Assembly (NCBI GenBank): GCA_016932785.1
Contig: JAFGCJ010000002.1
Location: 13,983-77,982, forward strand
Origin: Candidatus Dojkabacteria bacterium
GTDB lineage: Bacteria > Patescibacteriota > Dojkabacteria > SC72 > JAFGCJ01
Reading direction: 5' to 3'
Length of the DNA stretch: 64,000 nucleotides
In this document: one piece after another, positions 57,935-64,000 of the stretch
How positions within the stretch are numbered: the stretch's first letter is position 1
How the letters are laid out: every line of letters begins with the position of its first letter
Position numbers and translations under genes: made by a program
The notes under the pieces: generated by a model
The model's database searches: none
Told to the model about the DNA's origin: nothing
Seen by the model: only the letters and a program-made list of their open reading frames with translations

Positions 57935-58708
57935 TTAGTTATTGTAGACAGTTCCCATCAAGGCTTCTAGTTGTGAGTTGTTTAGTTTCTCATTTCGAAT
58001 TCCAAAAATGTAACCACCAGCCGTAATCTGTCTTCCGAAGGCAACGAGGTCTATGTCTCTTGTTGTTCCATAAAAATCCAGACAGTCCTGATCCGGAATA
58101 TCTTTGATTTTTCGATAGTTTACTCCGGAAAAGGACACATTAGAGTACTGGGCGTCATTCGTACAGGCGTTAGCGGTCATGTTTGAAAGCATATTATCCA
58201 AAGTACCGGATGTTCTTACCCAAACAGCAAATACGTCTATTGATCCACCACCTTTAAACAAAATATCTATTTCGTTTGTAGCAGGATCAGTAACGATTTC
58301 TGTATAAGTAATGTCTACAGGATATTTAAATCCGAAATCCCACGTAGAGTTGTAGTATTCGCTCCAACCTTCTGTCATATCTGGCTCCTCTGTTTCTTCA
58401 GTTGTATCCTCTTGTTGTTCATCGTCTCCTGTCTGCTCTGATTCATCTTGACTATCGTCCTCCTCATCATCAGAGGTTTCTTCCTGGGTTTCCTGGTCTT
58501 CGTCTTCTTCGTCGTTACTATCCTGATTGCGAAGTAATAGCCAAGCCATAATAGATCCAACAGCAAGAAGAATTACGATAAGTCCTGTCATCATGAGTAT
58601 TATCATCTTTGATCTCTTGTTACCTGTCGGAGGTGATACTGACTCGACCTTAGTATTTTGCGGAGTGGGTGACTTGGGGGTACTTGCTGACATTTTAGGA
58701 ATCTTCAA
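57935..58708 (-). CDS. N-terminally anchored, D/E-rich secreted protein
   Basis: TM helix (MIILMMTGLIVILLAVGSIMAWLLL) then ~70 aa acidic low-complexity segment then a globular domain. Confidence 0.35.
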   Translation of the reverse strand: MKIPKMSASTPKSPTPQNTKVESVSPPTGNKRSKMIILMMTGLIVILLAVGSIMAWLLLRNQDSNDEEDEDQETQEETSDDEEDDSQDESEQTGDDEQQEDTTEETEEPDMTEGWSEYYNSTWDFGFKYPVDITYTEIVTDPATNEIDILFKGGGSIDVFAVWVRTSGTLDNMLSNMTANACTNDAQYSNVSFSGVNYRKIKDIPDQDCLDFYGTTRDIDLVAFGRQITAGGYIFGIRNEKLNNSQLEALMGTVYNN

Positions 58709-58829
58709 ATTTATATTCTTTATTTTAGCACTTTAGATTCTGAAATCGAAATTGGAGATAAGTGATCGTTATGGTGGGTTTTCCCTAGCCGTGCTATTAT
58801 GGTTATATATAATTTAAATATCTCCACCT

Positions 58830-59330
58830 ATGACCCACAAGGACGAAGAAGGAAATGAGGTGTGTTGTCCCAGATTTGATCCATCCCCTTGGGATGAAAA
58901 AATACATCACTGGGATAACAAACTTTTTATTAAGGACTCAGTACCACAATTTCTCCATATTCCTCTACCTATGATGTATTCGAAAAAAGTTAGTAAGATG
59001 TGGAATATGATTCAGGAGGCTCATGCCGATCCCGAAATCAAAGACTTTCTGCTTCTTGCCTATGACCCTTCACCGTGGAAATCTGAACTCTATATGTCTA
59101 CTACTAAAGAAGTCCCGGGTGCTGAAAATGTTAGATTATCAGGGACTTTTCTTACGAAGGTGTTTGATGGACCATACAATGCAGTACCTTCCTGGATTCC
59201 AGAGATGGACGAGTATGTAGAAAAACAAGGTAAGAAGGTAAAAAAATACTATCTTTACTATACTACATGTCCAAAATGTGCAAAAAAGTATGGACATAAT
59301 TATGCCGTAATGTTTGCTGAGATAGAATAG
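58830..59330 (+). CDS. Hypothetical Cys-containing protein (166 aa)
   Basis: CCPRFDPSPW...CPKCAKKYGH. No family recognised. Confidence 0.3.
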   Translation: MTHKDEEGNEVCCPRFDPSPWDEKIHHWDNKLFIKDSVPQFLHIPLPMMYSKKVSKMWNMIQEAHADPEIKDFLLLAYDPSPWKSELYMSTTKEVPGAENVRLSGTFLTKVFDGPYNAVPSWIPEMDEYVEKQGKKVKKYYLYYTTCPKCAKKYGHNYAVMFAEIE

Positions 59331-59435
59331 AAATTTGAGAACAGAGATAGTTGGGGTTATAATGAAATATTGAATGATCAAGTCGAAATGCTTCATGTTT
59401 TCTTGGTCATAAAGTAACTTAATGAAGACTTTACT

Positions 59436-59861
59436 ATGATTTCCAAATCAATTGCTGCCGTTTTTGTTTCTGTTGTGGTCTCTGCTGCCTTAGTAGTTTT
59501 TTGGATGATATTGATGTCTAATTATATTGGAGGAGGAGAACTTATTGTGCTTTTTTGGCTATTAACGTTTTTACTTGGAGGGGCTCTTGCTGTAATGACT
59601 TTCAGACAGAAAGTTAAAGGTACTATGAGAAGATTTCTATTGCTTACGGGTTTTTCAGCTGTGGGTTTTCCTCTTTTTGTTTTTGCCCATAATATGTTCT
59701 ATGCTTTGGCTATAGTATTTGAAGATTCTGATGTGCTTAGGACTATTTGTGAGGTCTTGGAGGTGTCGGGTTTTCTGATAGCTATATTTGCTTGTCCGAT
59801 TGGGTTTCTTGTGGGTGCGACTGGAGTGGGAGTTCTTCTTCTTAAGGGCAAAAAGAAGTAA
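59436..59861 (+). CDS. Integral membrane protein (4 predicted TM helices)
   Basis: Hydrophobic profile only. Confidence 0.3.
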   Translation: MISKSIAAVFVSVVVSAALVVFWMILMSNYIGGGELIVLFWLLTFLLGGALAVMTFRQKVKGTMRRFLLLTGFSAVGFPLFVFAHNMFYALAIVFEDSDVLRTICEVLEVSGFLIAIFACPIGFLVGATGVGVLLLKGKKK

Positions 59862-59946
59862 TAGTTTCTTTACTAAAAAGTTTTTCAGTTGACGGCCTTT
59901 GTATTTAACTGGACAATAGTCTTGGTTAAATTTTTTTGTTTGCCTT

Positions 59947-60663
59947 ATGAATAGCAATGCCATTATTCTCCACAAGTTTCAAAGAGATATTCTGAAAAAA
60001 ATGATTGTTAAGAGAGAATCGAGATTCAATGAGCTTCTTATTGATGGGTTGGCTAGTGAGCATGTGAACTATCATCTAAAGAAGTTAATTAGTTTTGGTT
60101 TAGTGGGTAAGATTTCTGGGAGATATGTCTTAACAGATATGGGTAAGGATTATTCAAACCTGATGGATGATGAGATTAAGATGATTGAAAAGCAGCCTAA
60201 AACATCTGTCGTTGTCCGTGCGGTTCGTGTTAATCCAGACACGGGAGAGGTAGAGCACTTGCTCAATAAACGACTTCGTGAGCCTTACTTTGGGAAGGTT
60301 GGTCACATAACGGGTAAGGTTAGATTTGGAGAAAAGATTGAAGAGGCCGCAGCCAGGGAGTTAATGGAAGAGACCGGACTTAAAGCTGGCCGGGTCGAAA
60401 TTGAAGGTATATATAGAAAGATGCGTCATCGTGAAGATGGTTCTTTTGTCCAAGACGTATTTTTTTACTGTTCGTTTGTTAAAGATCTCAGCGGAGAAAT
60501 GATAAAAAGAACGGAATATCAGGAGAATTTCTGGCTTTCTGAGACGGAGTATAAGAGAAGATATGACATTGATCTTTATGATGATTTTGAGTGGCATAAT
60601 GATGTTGAGTGTAGAAGCTTTGGATTTATTGAGAATGTTGATCAGGCTGAAGATGCTTTTTAA
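59947..60663 (+). CDS. Winged-helix DNA-binding domain fused to Nudix hydrolase domain
   Basis: N-terminal wHTH (NELLIDGLASEHVNYHLKKLISFGLV). Canonical Nudix box GKVRFGEKIEEAAARELMEETGL (Gx5Ex7REUxEExGU). Confidence 0.6.
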   Translation: MNSNAIILHKFQRDILKKMIVKRESRFNELLIDGLASEHVNYHLKKLISFGLVGKISGRYVLTDMGKDYSNLMDDEIKMIEKQPKTSVVVRAVRVNPDTGEVEHLLNKRLREPYFGKVGHITGKVRFGEKIEEAAARELMEETGLKAGRVEIEGIYRKMRHREDGSFVQDVFFYCSFVKDLSGEMIKRTEYQENFWLSETEYKRRYDIDLYDDFEWHNDVECRSFGFIENVDQAEDAF

Positions 60664-60722
60664 TATCGGCGGACATATTTATTATGCTATACTGTTTTAG
60701 AGTAACTTTTTATGTATAGCAT

Positions 60723-61055
60723 ATGAAGAAAGAGAAATCTGCTGACAACGATAGGTCAAAGCTGATTCTGAAAATAAGTATAATCGCTGGTGCTGTGTTG
60801 TTGATTTTGGGTGTTGTTGTTTTCCTTATATTGCGCTCTTCTTCTGGGGAATCCTCTACTCCGAGCGAGTCAGAGGAGGATAGCTTTGTTTCGTTTGTTC
60901 CTGTGTGGGCAGCTATTTTCCCTGCAATCTATGCTGGAAGAAAAAGAAAAGAAGTTGATGATAATTCGAGAAAGTGGTTGCTGATTTTTGTTGGGGTAAC
61001 CGCTCTTCTTGTAGTGATAAGTATTGTTGCGTGGATAATTTTTGCCTCGAGATAG
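60723..61055 (+). CDS. Small two-TM membrane protein
   Basis: Hydrophobic helices at both ends of a 110 aa ORF. Confidence 0.3.
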   Translation: MKKEKSADNDRSKLILKISIIAGAVLLILGVVVFLILRSSSGESSTPSESEEDSFVSFVPVWAAIFPAIYAGRKRKEVDDNSRKWLLIFVGVTALLVVISIVAWIIFASR

Positions 61056-61078
61056 GTATAACTTTTGATGTCTATTGA

Positions 61079-61669
61079 ATGAAAATTGGAGTAATATCAG
61101 ATGTACACGATAATGCGCATAATCTAGTACTTGCACTTGAGGAATTGGAAAGCCATAAAGTCGAGAAAATATGGTTTCTTGGTGATTTCGCTGGTGCTGC
61201 CATTTCAAGAATAATGATTTCATCTGTCATCCCGATTTTTGCAATCTGGGGAAATAATGATGGAGATAAGTCTTTGATTACGAAGTTTTCACTTGAGGAA
61301 GGAAGCAATCTTGAAGTAGGTTTTGCTACCTTTGATGTTGTGGAGGCTGATAAGAGAAAGGTGTTTCTTACTCATTTCCCGTTGATTGCTAAGTCTATGG
61401 CTAAGTCCGGGGAATACAATGCCGTTTTCTATGGTCATGATCATCTCAAACACGAGGAAAAGGTTGGTGATTGTCTTTTGATGAATCCCGGAGAAATTGG
61501 TGCGTATAAGACTGGTATTTGCAGTTATGCAGTCTATGATACGAAAGATAACATGGCTAAGACTTATATTGTTAAAGACTCGGTTACGACTAACACTGAG
61601 ATCTCAAAGAAAAAGTTCGAGGAGATAAAGTTTAGATGGAATTCTCTTAAGGGTCACAAACTTAACTGA
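61079..61669 (+). CDS. Calcineurin-like metallophosphoesterase (YfcE/MJ0936 family)
   Basis: MKIGVISDVHDN, LGDFAG, GNND, GHDH metal-ligand motifs in order. Confidence 0.65.
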   Translation: MKIGVISDVHDNAHNLVLALEELESHKVEKIWFLGDFAGAAISRIMISSVIPIFAIWGNNDGDKSLITKFSLEEGSNLEVGFATFDVVEADKRKVFLTHFPLIAKSMAKSGEYNAVFYGHDHLKHEEKVGDCLLMNPGEIGAYKTGICSYAVYDTKDNMAKTYIVKDSVTTNTEISKKKFEEIKFRWNSLKGHKLN

Positions 61670-61686
61670 TTTTCCAGTAGATCAAG

Positions 61687-62709
61687 GTGTCCCGCACTAT
61701 TTCAAGAAAAAAGTCTATTTCTGGTCTTGGCTTAAATCTTGTTACCCACACTAACGATCCGGTAAGAATTAAGAAGTATGTTGATTCTGTAAAGAAACTT
61801 AATGCCTGGATCAGGATGGAGTTTGATTTCTACAGATATGAAAAAAATCCTTCAGCTCAAATAGAACTTCTGGACTCCCTTGTGGGCAATTTTGCAGCAG
61901 CTGATATTCCGATTTTGGGACTTTTGTGCGGTAATACACCTGGGGACTTTTCGTCTCTGTTCTATCCTCAGTTGAAGTATCGATCTGTTGTAAACAGATT
62001 AAATAGCTTTCGTAAGTTTGTTAGGTTTTGCGTTAAAAGGTATGGGAATATAGTTTCACACTGGGAAATCTGGAACGAGCCAAATCTTAAGAGGTTCTGG
62101 GTGAAAAAGCTGGATTTCAGAGAGTATTCTGAAATGCTCAAAAAGGTTAGTGAAGATATTAGATCTATTCAATCTCAGTCTGTAATCGTCTGTTCCGGTA
62201 TGAGCGGAAACGACATGGATAACCTGCTTTGGTCCCCTAATTCATTGCTTAATTATAAGAAATACTTCAGCGGCATTATTGAGAATGATTACGGAAAATA
62301 TTTTGATGTAGCTAATTTTCATCCGTATTATATTCAGTGTTATGCCTCAGTTAGAAGAAGACAATATTTTGAAAAAAGATCAGTGGCAATTATTAGGGAA
62401 TTGAGATCAAGGGTAGCTGAATTAGTACCTGATAAGCCGATGTGGCTCACTGAGTTTGGAATTTCTACAACACTGAACCTTTTTTTGAGCCAGAAAGATA
62501 TCGCTAAGATTTATATTGAAGTAATAAAAGAATGTGTGAAAATGAATGTTCCTTTAGCTTTGTGGTGTCTTTATGATGAAAACAATAAAGGGTACGGGGT
62601 TACCAATCCAGAGAAGGGATTTAGTTTGTTGGATGAGGATTTAGTGCCAAACGCTATATATGATGAGCTGTTGAAGTTTGGCAGTGAAGCCTTGGGAGAG
62701 AGGAACTAG
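61687..62709 (+). CDS. Glycoside hydrolase clan GH-A (GH5/GH39-like) enzyme
   Basis: WEIWNEPNL (acid/base Glu in NEP) and MWLTEFG (nucleophile Glu), about 130 aa apart. Confidence 0.55.
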   Translation: MSRTISRKKSISGLGLNLVTHTNDPVRIKKYVDSVKKLNAWIRMEFDFYRYEKNPSAQIELLDSLVGNFAAADIPILGLLCGNTPGDFSSLFYPQLKYRSVVNRLNSFRKFVRFCVKRYGNIVSHWEIWNEPNLKRFWVKKLDFREYSEMLKKVSEDIRSIQSQSVIVCSGMSGNDMDNLLWSPNSLLNYKKYFSGIIENDYGKYFDVANFHPYYIQCYASVRRRQYFEKRSVAIIRELRSRVAELVPDKPMWLTEFGISTTLNLFLSQKDIAKIYIEVIKECVKMNVPLALWCLYDENNKGYGVTNPEKGFSLLDEDLVPNAIYDELLKFGSEALGERN

Positions 62710-62781
62710 ATGGTAGTTATAGAACATACCTTGTTGTAGTCCTAGTTCCTTCTCCTTGGGCAGTGTTGTTCTTTGCTCGAG

Positions 62782-63315
62782 TTATTTTCCGATAGATAGT
62801 AACATGTTCGCCAAAATTGCTGGTACGGAGACACATTCGTTCTGGGAGTCTAGGTTTCGATGTACACCCTTGATTTGTCCGATATCTCCAGACAGCTCGT
62901 GGGCCTGTTCCCAGGTTTGTGCATGGCCTTGCTTAATAAGCCAGTGCTCGAATGTCTGTGACCCGTTCTGTGTATAGAAATTCAACATGGTATTACCTAG
63001 TGTTGTCAGATTGCCTGCAGCATCAAGAATTCCTGCTGTCGACAGACGCAGGAGTGCTCTTGATAGAGCCTCCACTACAGCCGGATCCAGATCTAGACAC
63101 CTATCTGAGTTTGGATTACTCCCAAACCTCACAGGGTCCTGTGACGGAGATTGTGCCGAATTCGATTGGTTCGCCGGTTGGCTGGGTTGATTCAGCAGTA
63201 ACCAGCCTAGGGCACCTAGCATGATACAGATACAGATGCAAATGAATATCGACACTATGCGCGTGTTTACAAGTCTCAATTCCATTTTCGTCCTCCTTGT
63301 GATTGTATAGAGCAA
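62782..63315 (-). CDS. N-terminally anchored hypothetical protein, GC-richer
   Basis: TM helix (IVSIFICICICIMLGALGWLLL). No family recognised. Confidence 0.3.
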   Translation of the reverse strand: MLYTITRRTKMELRLVNTRIVSIFICICICIMLGALGWLLLNQPSQPANQSNSAQSPSQDPVRFGSNPNSDRCLDLDPAVVEALSRALLRLSTAGILDAAGNLTTLGNTMLNFYTQNGSQTFEHWLIKQGHAQTWEQAHELSGDIGQIKGVHRNLDSQNECVSVPAILANMLLSIGK

Positions 63316-63392
63316 AGAATCTTGGTGATTATACCAAACCCCATAGTAGAAGACTACTGTTTATATAGTGAAAAATCGGAAACAATAAAAAG

Positions 63393-63923
63393 CTACCCCT
63401 CCCTCATCTTTAAATACTCTTCCCTGCTCATAATCTTTTCCCAATCTTCAATCTTGTCTGTGAAAAGAATACCTTCAATGTGATCATTCTCATGCAGTAT
63501 TATTCTGGCAAGTAGTCCGCCTGATGGAATTTCAAATTTCTTCCCTTCTCTATCCAAAGCCATGGCAATAACCTCAGAGCTTCTTTTTACTTGTCCAAAG
63601 AAATTCCCGTTTGCGACGCTTCCACAGCCTTCGTAGTCTACGACCGTCTCTTTCGAAGCAGAGACGATTTCTGGATTTATAAAAGTAAGGATGTTAACAT
63701 CAGGCTTGTTTTTTTCATCGCGGCTTCTTACATCTTTGGCAACGAAAATTCTGAGATTTTCACCAATCTGAGGAGCTGCCAGTCCAACGAGCTTTGCTGC
63801 TTCCATTGTTTCGATCATGTCGTCAATCAAACTCTGAATGTCAGGTAATTGATTAAGATCGACCAGGGAGGATTTATTTCTTAGAATTTCATTTCCTGCC
63901 TGTACAACATTTTTTACTGCCAT
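63393..63923 (-). CDS. def: Peptide deformylase
   Basis: GLAAPQIG (motif 1), EGCGSV (motif 2), HENDHIEG (motif 3, HExxH). Confidence 0.8.
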   Translation of the reverse strand: MAVKNVVQAGNEILRNKSSLVDLNQLPDIQSLIDDMIETMEAAKLVGLAAPQIGENLRIFVAKDVRSRDEKNKPDVNILTFINPEIVSASKETVVDYEGCGSVANGNFFGQVKRSSEVIAMALDREGKKFEIPSGGLLARIILHENDHIEGILFTDKIEDWEKIMSREEYLKMREG

Positions 63924-64000
63924 AGTGTCTGATTATAGCAAAAAAGAGAGTGAAACTGGGGATTAAAGAAGGCTGCTGGAAAACATTACCAACTCATTAT

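Overview
This 64 kb window is low-GC (roughly 38-40% by eye), gene-dense bacterial DNA with short, often overlapping genes. Housekeeping genes include uvrC, dnaE, uvrA, mnmA, greA, gpmI, rplS, rnhB, rpiA, def, a DEAD-box helicase, tRNA-Gly(UCC) and tRNA-Lys(UUU). Between them sit many small secreted or membrane-anchored hypothetical proteins. That combination is consistent with a reduced-genome, possibly Patescibacteria/CPR-like organism, but this is an inference, not a demonstrated fact. Translation looks like standard code 11: the long ORFs (dnaE 1142 aa, uvrA 973 aa) are uninterrupted. No CRISPR array, Cas gene, integrase, transposase or rRNA was recognised. The most interesting feature is a small accessory island immediately downstream of tRNA-Lys (about 30.4-35.1 kb). 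It encodes a DUF4365-type PD-(D/E)xK nuclease-fold protein, a convergent GIY-YIG + DUF2075 (Schlafen-helicase-like) P-loop ATPase, and a MazG-like NTP pyrophosphohydrolase, followed by small membrane/hypothetical genes and a TylM1-like SAM methyltransferase. The island ends at a degenerate duplicate of the 5' end of a gene that lies 2.5 kb further on. This looks like a candidate and, as far as I can tell, uncharacterised defense-type module. Other notable features: two copies of a 130 bp element with terminal inverted repeats (GGGGTCTGACCCC...GGGTCAGACCCC) that bracket a 3 kb, three-gene segment; a strong G-quadruplex/C-rich tract in the divergent promoter of the island; an msrB gene missing from the ORF track because it has no canonical start codon; a Nudix-like/AlbA_2 (Schlafen-box) fusion protein followed by a receiver-only response regulator; a five-gene overlapping operon of surface proteins that includes a Cys-less transglutaminase-like protein; a ribosomal protein L19 with a long K/E-rich tail; several local GC-rich (about 47-55%) genes that look horizontally acquired; and a CrtI-like desaturase plus a lycopene-cyclase-domain protein. 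All coordinates come from the ORF track or manual reading. Start codons are approximate throughout.
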